Shown here: positions 24,332-36,712 of the stretch, piece after piece
How positions within the stretch are numbered: the first letter of the stretch is position 1
Layout of the letters: each line of letters begins with the position of its first letter
From: Hemiscyllium ocellatum
Lineage: Eukaryota
NCBI RefSeq assembly: GCF_020745735.1
Contig: NC_083453.1
Span: 13,461,849 to 13,525,848, forward strand
Direction: 5' to 3'
Length of the DNA: 64,000 nt
Program-made: the position numbers and the translations under genes
Notes under the pieces: model-generated
What the model was told of the DNA's origin: nothing
Database searches by the model: none
Seen by the model: only the letters and a program-made list of their open reading frames with translations

Positions 24332-24763
24332 GTATGGGGACTGCCAATCCATGCTGCTTTTGTCATGGCAACACCTTTGCCAATCAGAGACTATCTGCCT
24401 GGTCTAATTTTAAACAACTAATTAAGATTGACAGTTAACAGTTTCTAATTCATCTCCATGCCAGCCATGGTTGAAGTAATAAGCACCATCTTCTCATGCT
24501 GTCTAAGTTGTTCCTTTTCTAAATATGGTTTCTTGCATTCCAGTCGAGATCAGTGTGAGTTAAGTTTCAATGTTATGCTTCTTTTTGACAATGGACAGTG
24601 CAGTTTCCAATCTTGGGAGAAGAGGGAGGCTAAGATTCTTTAAATTGGTCATGACACTTAAACTTCCATAAGTAATACATTTAAAGAAACTTTTGTTCTC
24701 ACATGCTGCAAGGAGTAGTATGTATGCCTTATACTCTATTCCGAAGAAAGAGGATTGGTTCTT

Positions 24764-24826
24764 TTGTTCTGCTTGCATCCTATTGTTCTGCTTGCATCCT
24801 ATTGTTCTGCTTGCATTCTATTGTTC
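24764..24826. repeat. 19-bp tandem repeat, about 3.3 copies
   Basis: (ttgttctgcttgcatccta)n. Confidence 0.9.
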
Positions 24827-24973
24827 CAGTTGCTGTCAAAAAAAGACAAGGAGTGAAGAGCAGTCATGTTATCGTTTGCACGTTTTGGAAATTTGTCTTC
24901 CAAACAATACTTTTCATTGTCATTCAACGTTTTTGCTACATCAGATTAGTTTGTTGAGTGTTTTTTTTTACAG

Positions 24974-25234
24974 GCGTGTATATGTAGTCTCTGTAAACAC
25001 TGTCAAGTCTGAAAATAATTTTAGAATGAATTACATTGTTACTATTTCTGTTATAATTATAAAGGCGGATCTGTGCCAGGATCAGACTTGGGTTGATTTG
25101 TTTTGATTGTAATCCATGATGGGAGAACAGCGACTGCTTCAGGTCCTGGAAGAACACTCATTTGTATTCTGTGTGAAGGCTATATTGTATATTGTGATAT
25201 ATAAAACAGGACAAAATGTTGTCTAAGCACAAAG
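24974..25234 (+). other. Candidate internal 5'UTR exon of ZC3H10
   Basis: Strong acceptor (tttttttttacag, ending 24973) and consensus donor AAG|gtaagt (25235) in non-repeat sequence between putative exon 1 and the coding exon. Splice signals are the only evidence. Confidence 0.35.
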
Positions 25235-26034
25235 GTAAGTACAGATGCAGAAGGAAGTTCAGTTATTTTTTTTTCTCAGCCTCTCATAGAAACTCCACAT
25301 ATCAGCCTTGTCACAGTATCGCACATATCACAGATTAACTCAAGGTTTTTGCATCCTCTGCCCTATCATAGGCATCATTTTAATTAATGATCACTGTGCT
25401 AAAGTGCCTTTTGACATCAATGCTGTATTTGCATTTTTTATCAGTTTGTACCTCATTCCCCTTTGCTGACAGTCATGACTTAATTTGAAACAGTGCTCAA
25501 ATTATTGTTTTCAATTTCACGTGTAATTTCTGTTCACTAGTGGGACATGGACATCGCTGGCAAGACCAGTATTTGTTGTCCATCATGTACCTCCTTTCAA
25601 AGTTGAACAATCTCTGATTTTTCTCAGTTTTTCCTAAGTAATTTTGAAAGATTTAAGATCATAGCATGTGACAATTTGATACATTTTAATTTTTCTTGCA
25701 AAAAGCCACCTAACCCCATTCTCTTGCTTGTTTCCCTTTATCCTTTTTAATATTCTTTTTCAAGTAATTATCTATTTAATAATTGTGACCTTGCCTGGAA
25801 CAACAGTTTTTAGAGCATTTCACATCCAAATCATCCTCTATGAGGAAACACTTTTCAAACCCCTCTCATTTATATCTTCATGCTAAACTTATGTGCACTC
25901 ATTACCAGTTCACCATAATCTTGAAGGCTTCTAATCAGGAATCCCTTAATTTTCTCCAATCCAGCAGTAAAGTCTTAAATTTAAAACTTAAATCTCTTAA
26001 CTGTAATAGCCCATCCTGGTAACGTTATTTCATT

Positions 26035-27245
26035 GTGAGTTTTGAGAAGATTTGTAGCTCAGGTTGAGGTTTTGGATGTAGGTTTGCTTGCTGAGCTGAA
26101 AGGTTCATTTCCAGACGTTCCTTTACCTTACTAGGTAACATCTTCAGTGGACCTCATGCAAAGTGATGCTGAAAATTCCTGCTTTCTATTTATATGTTTG
26201 AGTTTCTTTGGGTTGGTGATGTTATTTCCTGTGGTGAAGTCACTTCCTGTTCCTTTTCTCAGGGGGTGGTAGATGGGGTCTAACTCAATATGTTTGTTGA
26301 TAGAGTTCCAGTTGGAATGCCATGCTTCTAGGAATTCTTGTGCATGTCTTTGTTTGACTTGTCCTAAGATGGATGTATTGTCCCAGTCAAAGTGGTGTCC
26401 TTCCTCATCCATATGTGAGGAGAGAGGGTCATGTCTTTTTGTGGCTAGTTGGTGTTCATTTATCCTGGTGGCTAGTTTTCTACCTGTTTGTCCAATGTAG
26501 TGTTTGTTACAGTCCTTGCATGGTACTTTGTAAATGACATTAGTTTTACTCATTGTCTGTATAAGGTCTTTCAAGTTCATTAGCTGCTGTTTTAGTGTGT
26601 TGGTGGGTTTGTGGGCTACCATGATGCCAAGGGGTCTGCGTAGTCTGGCAGTCATTTCTGAGATGCCTTTGATGTAGGGGAGAGTGACTAGGGTTTCTGG
26701 ACGTGTTTTGATTGCTTGTTTGGGTTTGTTGCCGAGAAATCGGCGGACTGTGTTCATTGGGTACCCATTCGTTTTGAATACACGATATAGGTGATTTTCC
26801 CCTGCTCTGTGTAGTCCCTCTGTCCTGCAGTGTGTGTGTTGGCTCATTGAAACAATGTTCTGATGCAGCTTCATTTGTGGATGTTGAGATGATTGCTTCT
26901 GTAGTTCAATATTTGGTCTGGATGTGTTGTTTTTCTATAGAGGTTGGTTTGAAGTTCCCCATTGGCTGTTCGCTCTACCATGACATCTAGGAATGGCAGT
27001 TTGTTGTTTTCCTCCTCTTTAGTGAATTTTATGCCAGTAAGGATATTATTGATTGTCTTGAGAATTCCTAGAAGCATGGCATTCCAACCGGAACTCTATC
27101 AATGAACACACCGAGTTAGACCTCATCTACCACCCCCTGAGAAAAGGAACTGGAAGTGGCTTCACCACAGGAAATGACATCACCAACCCAAAGAAACCCA
27201 AACATATAATTAGAAAGCAGGAATTTTCAGCATTGCTTCACCTGA
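26035..27245 (-). mobile_element. Penelope-like retroelement (Poseidon/Penelope-like) 3' fragment with inverted terminal duplication
   Basis: LPFLDV...YRKTTH, VTLPYIKGISE and NVIYKVPCKDCNKHYIGQTGR (GIY-YIG). 27061-27245 is an inverted copy of about 26160-26340. Confidence 0.88.
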
Positions 27246-29236
27246 GTGAAGCACAAAGAACTACCACAAAGTACTCCAACTGCAGTCTGACTAATATCTT
27301 ATGCAAGTTTAACACATCTCCTTATTTTGGTATTTGCTACTTCTAATTATAAAACCCAAGAATTGTGTTTTCCTTTTTTTTCATGATGTTCGTGAAACTG
27401 AAAATATTTTCAGTGAATGCCTGCAGTATCAAGGTTTTTTACATAAATAAATGTACTTCAACTTGTTGAAATAGCTGTTTCTCATTGAAAATATTCTGAA
27501 TATACATAAATTATACAATTTACATACTTTTTCCCCTCAAAGTAATACTGTTCCCTCTACAAATATCTTCTGCATCAGTTGTCTTGATCCCAATGTCTAT
27601 GGCTAAATGGAGTTTTACTGATGCCACCTTTTGTTAATATTGACCAGTTTGTGATAAATGAAATAAGTTAGAGATCTGTGATACTGGCCCAGATACACTG
27701 GTAAGGAATTACTTTTAGCTTTGTATAATCAAAACGGGGAACGAGCTTTGTCATCAGTGCCTCTTTCTGGGTAGGGGATAATGAAAGAAAAACACTGAAA
27801 ATTATTTTTCACACCTGCACTACTTTAATAATCTTGTAATTTTCAGCTGTGTACATTATTCATTTCAGTGGCCATCATTTGGAGCTTTCAGTCCGTTCAT
27901 TATTGACTATCAAAGGCACACAAGGTTTTGGCAAACAGATACCTTTTTTTTAATAGGGTATCAAAGTTCTGAATTTCATAACTGCATTATTTTTTCAAAC
28001 AAACATTCCTGCCAAAAGTAATTTCTGCTCTTGTCTTCCCAATCACTGTCCATTTTCACCTTTTCACTTTCTTGTATGTCATCTCATTATGTTAAAGTAT
28101 CATAGAACTAGAAACTTATTTTGTTTCTTTGGGTTAACATTTGTTTAGTATGATTGCAAGTATTGGATTCCACCACCAACCCCCACCCCTATCTGTCGAA
28201 AGTGTTGACTCTATTGCTGGGGTACTTATGCATTATCTTCTTTACCAAATTGTGGGCATTCTTTACGTGCTAGTCAGGGTAATAATGAATGACCCTTACA
28301 AATGCTGGGATCAAAGGTGATACCAAGCATTGTGGTCCCAAAGCTCTCATGTATATTTTCCAGTAGAGGTCACAGAGTTGAAATTTGAAGTGAAAACTCT
28401 CGCTTTTTTTTGTTTTCTGGATTGCTAAAAGCCATAGTTAACAATTCTTCTTTCCAGGCAAGCAGGTGCAGTTTGTACTTTGGTCTGTGAGTCAGGTTCT
28501 CTTATTATTTATTTTTTTCAGTTTTTCTCCTATCCCAATACCCAGAATTGTTTCTCCACTGAGAAAAGAAATACGTCTTCCTCACTTCCATCAGTGGTAT
28601 TTTGAAGTGTGTGAAAGCATTATATCATGAATTACTCTCTGATACTTCTGAAAATATGCATGTACATTGAATGTGGATAAGTTAATTCATGATAAAGTCT
28701 AAATCTTGGAGTTTTTTTGAAAAAAACAATTTTTATTTTTACTTTCATATAGATGCAGTTATTTAATGTATCTCAGACTAATGAAATAATTTTTTTTTGT
28801 TCTTTGGTGATATCTAAAATTATGTAGGTTTGGCAAACCTCAGGCAAGTTTGCAATGAACATAAGCCAAGCACAAAATAACCTATAATTTATTACAATCC
28901 ATACTCATCATTCCCCAACTCCGCCAAGGGATCCATGATGAAAATGTGACTCTGGTACAGTGAGGTAGACTTCCGAAGTTGTAGTGAAGCCACATTGTGG
29001 GGAAGCATGTGGTACAACTAACCTAGGAATGTTTGTTGCTGACTCTGAGCACATTTAGAAACCTTTTTTCAATTCCATTACAATTGTTGCTTAGCTTGCT
29101 GAGTACCAATTACAGTGGTTCAGGTAACACTTAGCTTGTGGCCTAATTCCTCCTTCTCTGTAAAGACATACCTTGATTTTCTTTTTCAGATGTTTTTGTG
29201 TACAGTGGCTGAGAAGCACAGAAATAGTCTGTGAAG

Positions 29237-30439
29237 ATGCCGGATAAAGATAATTTATTTAACAGTGGTAATGACGAGGCTGGCCACAGCTCAGATGATA
29301 TTTGCCGAGACTTCCTGCGCAATGTCTGCAAACGTGGTAAGCGCTGCAAGTTCTATCACCCTGATATTAATGAAGTGTCTGACTTGGGCGTAAAGAAAAA
29401 TGAATTTGTCTTTTGTCATGACTATCAGAACAAGGAGTGCACTCGCATCAACTGCAAGTTTATTCATGGGACAAAGGAGGATGAGGAGCATTATAAAAAG
29501 TCAGGAGAGCTTCCCCCACGCTTGCGCCTGACAGTGGCCATGGGTCTTGGCCTTTCGCCATCTGACCTCTCTTTTAAAAAAGGTGAGGTCCCAATTTGTC
29601 GTGACTACTTGAAAGGTGACTGTCAACGAGGATCTAAGTGTAAATTCCGGCACTTAAAACGTGATGAATATGAATATGAAAACAGAACTTTGGAGAGATT
29701 GTCACGAGACCAAGTGATTTCTCCTGTAGTGCGTCGATATGACCCATTTGATGACCTCTATGACACTGATCGCTATGCTGATTATGACCATGTTCTAAAG
29801 AGACGAAGAGTTGATGGCTTGCGATTTGAGAGTTATGATTTTAATATCCCAAATTCGCGTCCAGTTGACTATCGGTTTCTGGAGGAGGAGAATCTGATGC
29901 TTCGAAAGCGTGTTGAGGAACTCAAAAAACAGATCTCAAATTTAATGGCAACTAATGAGGTACTTTTGGAGCAAAATGCACATTTCCGCAACCAAACCAA
30001 GGTGGTCACGCTGACCTCCACTCCCACAGCAACAGAGCAAACACTGGCAGCACCAACTGTGGGTGCAATCACCAATTACAATCATGGAATAGCACAGACT
30101 CACACCACTTTGAGCAGCCAAGCGCTTCAACCACGACCTGTCACCCAGCAAGACCTGGTGGCAACTGCTGGAGCTACTGCTGCACCACCTGCTAACGCTG
30201 CACCAACAGCCCAGCATCTTAATCCTGAGATTGCTTCACTTCCTGCAGCGCTTGCCCAGACCATTGCCCAGGGGATGGCGCCTCCAGTCTCTATGGCCCC
30301 AGTGGCTGTTTCTGTTGCACCAGTGGCAGTGTCAATTGCACAAGCAATGCCAGGAATCACTATTAGCCATGCCACCACTCCAATGGTTACTTATCCAATT
30401 GCATCACAGAGTATGAGGATAACAGCAATTCCTCACTGA
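29237..30439 (+). CDS. ZC3H10: Zinc finger CCCH domain-containing protein 10 (400 aa, single coding exon)
   Basis: MPDKDN... with three CCCH fingers (CRDFLRNVCKRGKRCKFYH, CHDYQNKECTRINCKFIH, CRDYLKGDCQRGSKCKFRH), a coiled coil (LEEENLMLRKRVEELKKQISNLMATNEVLLEQN) and C-terminus ...YPIASQSMRITAIPH. Acceptor AG at 29188-29189. The true start is ATG 29237, not the GTG at 29231. Confidence 0.96.
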   Translation: MPDKDNLFNSGNDEAGHSSDDICRDFLRNVCKRGKRCKFYHPDINEVSDLGVKKNEFVFCHDYQNKECTRINCKFIHGTKEDEEHYKKSGELPPRLRLTVAMGLGLSPSDLSFKKGEVPICRDYLKGDCQRGSKCKFRHLKRDEYEYENRTLERLSRDQVISPVVRRYDPFDDLYDTDRYADYDHVLKRRRVDGLRFESYDFNIPNSRPVDYRFLEEENLMLRKRVEELKKQISNLMATNEVLLEQNAHFRNQTKVVTLTSTPTATEQTLAAPTVGAITNYNHGIAQTHTTLSSQALQPRPVTQQDLVATAGATAAPPANAAPTAQHLNPEIASLPAALAQTIAQGMAPPVSMAPVAVSVAPVAVSIAQAMPGITISHATTPMVTYPIASQSMRITAIPH

Positions 30440-32580
30440 GTGGTTATATGCAGGCTTTAGAAAATGTTCTGTGTTTCTTTGTTGCTTCCCATGATGTGCA
30501 TTACATAAAAATGCACTCCAGAGTCAAATATAATTCTGACCCAGCCTTTAGTTCTCTTTGTGAGTAAATTCTTCCTCTTCAATCTATTGTTATTTTTGGA
30601 TACTCGTTTAACCCCCCCCACTCCTGTTTTAGTGCACAGCTTGCCAATCTTTGTAAATCCATCATCTAATATAACTTTAAAACAGTTGCACAGGCTCTCC
30701 GGGGCGTTGCCTTCTAAAAGGTTTTGGGATAAACAAGTCTCTGGGCTGTGGTGCTGCGCAAAATATTCAAACTGATTCTGTATCCCAAGCTTGGCTATTT
30801 GCATTCTTGACGCAAAATTTTCATAGCATATGAAATTGTAAATTAACAAAGCAAAATAAAAATATTTTGAAGCTTTTGATTGTGGATATTGCTGGCGCTG
30901 AATGATTGCTGCATTTTCCCAGGTAGTGATCACTGCACTCCAAAAACTAATTCTCTGAATCTTTTTGGAATGTTTTGATATGACTGAGATGTAAATAATT
31001 ATAAACCATCCAGAAAGTACAATTTAACCCTCACAATTTTGAAAATGCTCATTACATTGCTCTGTACCAAAGTGTTTAATTAACTTGGAAGCCATTGCGA
31101 TGATTCTGTTTCTTAATGACCCGAAAGTGTACTTTCAACTTTGTCAATCTTCGCACATTGGACCAATCAGTATGTAACATAGGCTATTCAAATCCTGCCA
31201 CACTGATGGGATTCAAAATTTTTTTCTTTGCCATCTGCAAGGATGATGCATGACTGGAGGTTAAAAGAATCTGAATTCTGTTTCTGCTGGAAGCCAGTCT
31301 ATAACACATTGGCAGTCTTACACTGGCCAGTTGACTGGAAGAAATGGGATGGGGATTACACAGACTCTGTAGTTGTGCTCTTTTGAGCATTAAATAGTGT
31401 CACAGTAGAGTGAGTATTTAAACTATCCTTGCTGAACTCCCTGATGCCATTTGTCCTCGAGTTGTGTGAATTCACAATATAAAAGAAAGGAAACTTCTGT
31501 TCACTTGACTCTTAAAGGCAATAAAGCAAATGTAGAGTGAAATTGGATAAAAATAGTTAAAAGAGCAAATGCCAGTGATGATTGCTCTGCACCTAATTTG
31601 GGTCAGCGATGCAGGAACTGCAAAACCTTTTGCAAATTCTTGTTAAACTGGAATATATAGATATATTTTCACACCAAATATTGTAATTTGTATACAAATT
31701 CAAGAAATGTATAACTTGTTCAGTTAAAATATACAGAATATTAAAAAATACTTTGCACCTAAGGCAGCTTAACTGCTGACTTATTTGGAGCCAGAATGGA
31801 AGTGTTTGCACACAGTCTTTTGAAGTATGCTGAGTCAAACTATAATGGATTTGAGTGTGTGAACATGAATGTTCACTATTTTTTCCCTTTATCAAAAAAG
31901 CAACCTGTAGTGAACTCCATTAGAAATAGGGCTTGCCTTTTGCTGGCTAATGTCTTCAAATCAGAAAAATCCTTAAAGGTATTCTGAACACCATGCTTTT
32001 TTTAAAATATATTGATTTAACTCCTGGAAGTCCATAACCAGGATCAGTGGAAAACTACAGAAAACTGAAGTATAATGTATCGGGCACAAAAAATCCCAAA
32101 GTTCTGATTCATTTTAAAAACTTGGTGCAAATCTTTCCTAAAGCTGATTGACTGATTTGTTTGCATTTTCTTCAAGCTTGCCAAAATGATCTTGCAACAC
32201 AATTAACAATGTTAATGATGAAATTGGCTTTTAATAGTCTGTTAAAGCTGCCTGATGTAACTGGCTGTTTTGTTTAATTGATTCAGGTGCTTATTTTGTT
32301 GAAAGGGGTGGTGGCTGTGATATGAAACTTTAAGGGTGGTCATACTTATGCTATTTAATCAACTGTTACTGAGGACATTTGGCCTTAATTGTTGTTTTTC
32401 TGTTAACCTTGTCTACAAATTGTATATAGTAGCTGTTTAGTTGTTTGAAACCTGCTGTAATGTTTGTCAGGTTCTTGTCGAATCTAGAATTCAGAACCGA
32501 TGATCTAAGCTTGTACAATTGAAACAAGTTTAATTAAGCAGATGTGCTTTCATTTGTCGTGCTTTCAGTGTACTCCACAG

Positions 32581-32813
32581 AACTGAAAATTCTACTCTGT
32601 ACTTAATGTAGCTCTTTAGCTGTACTGCAATTTTATATTTTGCAGGTGGGAAAGAGAATTTTCAGATTAGGAAATACAGGGAATAGGCTATCCAATAAAC
32701 TGAAAATTCTACTCTGTACTTAATGTAGCTCTTTAGCTGTGCTGCAATTTTATACTTTGCAGGTGGGAAAGAGAATTTTCAGATTATTGGATAGCCTATC
32801 CCCTGTATTTCCT
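32581..32813. repeat. 89-bp direct duplication with interposed 30-bp inversion
   Basis: 32581-32669 is nearly identical to 32698-32786; the spacer 32669-32698 is the reverse complement of 32784-32813. Confidence 0.92.
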
Positions 32814-34262
32814 CTGTCTTCATGCTATAGTTGTGTACTTCCAGGAATCCCTGTGACTGAAATTTACCCAATTATAATGTGTATATAATTTATACTTGCT
32901 AAACCATGAATATTTGGGAGCCCTTCCTAACCAAAGGGAGTCGCAGTTTTATTAGATTAAAATCAAAATTATGCAAACTGTCTCTTCACAAAGAGCTCTG
33001 GGAACATTACTGTCACGTATCACAGACTAATATCACTGTCTCATGGTCAGCAGTTAAAATAATGCAAATACTAGACAGTGCACAGTCTTAAGGAATGTTC
33101 AAACTAGTCTGTGCTTTTTAGCTATAGGTCTGACATAGATGAGTAAAAATAAGCACTATTCAATCTGAAAAGAAAGATGAAGAGTCACCTAATAGAGGTC
33201 TTTTAAAATTTTGAAAAACTGTTAAAGTGACCACAACAGTATGTTTACTTTTATTTGGAAAAAAACATACAACAGGAATACACTGAATGTGTATGTAATG
33301 AATCTGAATGTAACAAACTTGCATAAAACTAGAAACTGTAGTGGCTGATTCGGGGTCAAATTGAAGTTTATAGTAGTTTGTTTAAACTGCATTATATTTT
33401 CAGATTTGACTTGTTGATTCAAAGAGTATCTCTGCTTTGAATGTAATTTTGATGTCGTTAAAGAAAGTTTTACAATATTCTATTTATAAATGACTTTCTG
33501 TAAAGAAGTATATGTTCCTGTAACAACAATTTGGATAATAATAGAAGAATTAGAAATAGGAGCAGGAGTAGACTGTTTGACCCCTTGAACCTTCTGTGTA
33601 ATTCACTAAAATATTGACTGATCTAATTCCTCCACTTTACAAACCTTGACTTCCTCTGATAATCAAATATGTTTAACTCTGCCTTGAATAAATTCAATGA
33701 TCAACCTCCACTATTGGCTCTGAGAAAATAAATTCTTTCTCGTCTCCATGTTGAATGGGAGTTCCTTATTTTTGAGTGGTGTCCCCTTTTTGTTGATTTC
33801 TGCTAATAACCAGAAACATCCTTTTTGGCGTCAATTTATTGGTATTCTTGGGAACCACCTTGTATTGATGGATTTTAGTTACGCTATTCCCAATAAAAGA
33901 AAATATTCTGTTGTGTTCAGTTTATGTCAGAGTCTTTTCAAAATTTTCAAATACCTCTGTTAGGTGATTCTTCAACTTTTGTTTAAGATGAGGAAAAACA
34001 CAAAAGACCCATGCAGTTCTGGTAGCATCTTTTTAAATCCTCTTTGAACATTTATTCTTTCCATAAAAAGGTGAGAATATTGAACACCCTAGAGAATAGT
34101 TGAAGAGAATTGTACAGAATCATTTAAAGGTGAAGGAAATAGAGGGTTACGATACATTTAGATGGGCAGAGATTTGGACAGATCATAAACACTAGCATGG
34201 CCTCGTTGGGTTGAATGGCTCATTTCTACACACATACACACAAAATACAATCAAGTTTTGTG

Positions 34263-34552
34263 GGCGACACGGTGGCACAGTGGTTAGCACTACTGCCGCA
34301 CCGCGCCAGAGACCCGGTTCAATTCCCACCTCAGGCAACTGTCTGTGTGGAGTTTGCACATTCTCCCCGTGTCTGCGTGGGTTTCCTCCGGGTGCTCCGG
34401 TTTCCTCCCACAGTCCAAAGATGTGCTGGTCAGGTGAATTGGCCATAGTGTTAGGTAAATGTCGGGGAATGGGTGGGTTGCATTTCGGCGGGTCGGTGTG
34501 GACCTTGTTGGGCCAAAGGGCCTGTTTCCACACTGTAAGTAATCTAATCTAA
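34263..34552 (+). mobile_element. HE1/V-SINE-type SINE, full length
   Basis: A box tggcacagtgg, B box ggttcaattcc, conserved core and (aatct)n tail. Confidence 0.9.
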
Positions 34553-34571
34553 TTCTCGTTCTTAAACATTT

Positions 34572-34887
34572 TTAGATTAGATTCCTTACAGTGTGGAAAC
34601 AGGCCCTTCAGCCCAACAAGTCCACACCAACCCTCCGAAGAGTAACCCACCCAGACCCATTTCCCTCTGACTAATGCACCTAACACTATAGGCAATTTAG
34701 CATGGCCAATCCACCTGACCTGCATATCTTTGGAGTGTGGGAGGAAACCGGAGCACCCGGAGGAAACCCACGCAGACACAGGGAGAATGTGCAAACTCCA
34801 CACAGACAGTCACCCGAGGCTGGAATCAAACCTGGGTCCCTGGTGCTGTGAGGCTGCAGTGCTAACCAATGAGCCACCATGCCGCCC
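34572..34887 (-). mobile_element. HE1/V-SINE-type SINE, full length, inverted relative to neighbour
   Basis: Same consensus, tail-to-tail with 34263-34552. Confidence 0.9.
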
Positions 34888-35339
34888 AATACAATAAATA
34901 TAGGCCCAGCCTCCTCAACATTTCCTCATAAGATAAAGCCCTCATTACAGGAATCAGTGGGCTTCATCGGCTAGGTAAGCATTTATTGTCCAACACAAGT
35001 GGTATTGAGCTTCCTTCTTAAAGGGCTGTAGTCTTTGGAGTGTAAGGGCACCTGTCGTGCTGTTGGAAAAGAGTTCTTGGGTTTCAACTCAGTGATAGTG
35101 TAGGAAGAGAGATATGCTTCCAAGTCAAGATGGTGTGTGGCTTTGAAGAGAGTCTTGCAGCTAGTGTTGTTCCTATACCTCTGCTGTCCTTTGTCCTTCT
35201 AAAATGATATAGGTTACTTAGAAGGTGCTGTTAGAGGAGTCTTGGTGAGTTACTGCTATGCATTTGTAAGTGGTACACGCAGTTGCCACTGTCGATAGTG
35301 GCAGGAGTGAATGTTGAAGGTGGCAGATGAGGTGCCAGT

Positions 35340-35970
35340 TGGTCCATTTTAGTTTCAGCAAAGTGAGTAAATTTGCACATGATCCTCTAAGTCTGGTCTC
35401 ACCTTGTACAGTGTAGCAAAGCTTCCCTAGTTTCAAGCTGCATCTCCCATGCAATAAAGGCCATTGTTCTAATTTCCTTCCTAATTTGTTGCTGTACCTG
35501 CATTTTAACTTTTTTTTGTGATTCATGTACAAGGATACCTAGATCCCTCTATCACAGCATTCTGCAGTCTCCCTGCATTTAAACAGTATACTTCCTGCCA
35601 AAGTGGCAACCTCACTTTTTCCCACATTATACTTCATTTGCCAAATTTGTGCCCACTCAATTAACCTCTCTATATCCTTTCACCGATTATCTTCCTCACA
35701 AATGGCTTTCCTACCTATTTTCATATCACCAAATTTGGCCACAGTCTGTCTCTTTATCCAAGTCATTGTTACGGGTTGTAAATAGTTGAAGCCCCAGGCC
35801 TGATTTCTGTGGCATTCTGCTAGTTACAGTTTGCCACCTTGACAACTTGTGTACCTAGATTCTCTCTTTGCTGTTAGCTAATTAATCCCTATCCATGTTA
35901 ATATATTACTCCCAATACTGAAAGCTTTTATCTTATCACATAAAAAGGTTGTGATAAATGCCTTTTGTAA
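35340..35970 (-). mobile_element. Degenerate CR1 RT fragment
   Basis: The reverse complement contains decayed CR1 RT-region nucleotide signatures. Confidence 0.6.
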
Positions 35971-36404
35971 ATTCATATGTTTTGCCTTCTGTGCAAAGTG
36001 AGAAAATAATGTCATGATGACCAATTACGTTTTTACCTGTGCTTAGATATTCACGAACCAGTTAGGATGGTTTACACTCCTGGGATCTGTCTGTCCTTTT
36101 CTTTGCACCACATGCTTGAACCACAGCAAGCTTTTCCACTTTTTCAGATTTTCCATGTTTCCCATGCCCTCTGCTATTCTGCTGTATCCTATTATTCGAG
36201 CATTCTGAATCTCAGACATCTTTTGTATCTCTAACTTTTCTCATCATTGTCCCCTTTGTGTACTATTATTATTTCTGTCTGCTAATCAATTCCTGGCCTC
36301 CATGTAATCAGTTTACAGATAATTGTTTTTCCTATGTGTGTGTGTGTGTTTTTAACCACCTTGCCCCTTTCCCGACTCTGTTCTTGTTCGTAGGCTGTTC
36401 GTAA

Positions 36405-36712
36405 AATCCCTACAGTGCAGAAAGAGGCCATTTGAATCTGCACCCACCTTCCGAAGTGCATCCCACCCAGACCCCCAGTCTATCCCTGTAACCCTACTCT
36501 TTTTTTTAAATCAAGCTACTCCACTTAACCTGCATATCCCTGGACACTAAGGGAAAATTTAGCATGGCCAGTCCACTTAACCTGCAAATGTTTGGACTGT
36601 GGAAGGAAACCAGAACACCTGGTAGAAACCCACACAGACATGGGGAGAATGTGCAAACTCCATGCAGACAGTCATCCAAGGGTGGAATCAGACTCTGGTC
36701 CCTGGCACTGTA
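36405..36712 (-). mobile_element. HE1/V-SINE-type SINE (older)
   Basis: Core ggggagaatgtgcaaactcca. Confidence 0.8.

Noticed and set aside
30457-31987. ORFs in the ZC3H10 3' region
   Set aside because: AT-rich 3'UTR-like sequence with no recognisable domains or exon structure.
34192-34889. ORFs over the SINE pair and tRNA-like A/B boxes
   Set aside because: They are SINE-derived; there is no complete tRNA cloverleaf and the same peptides recur at every SINE copy.
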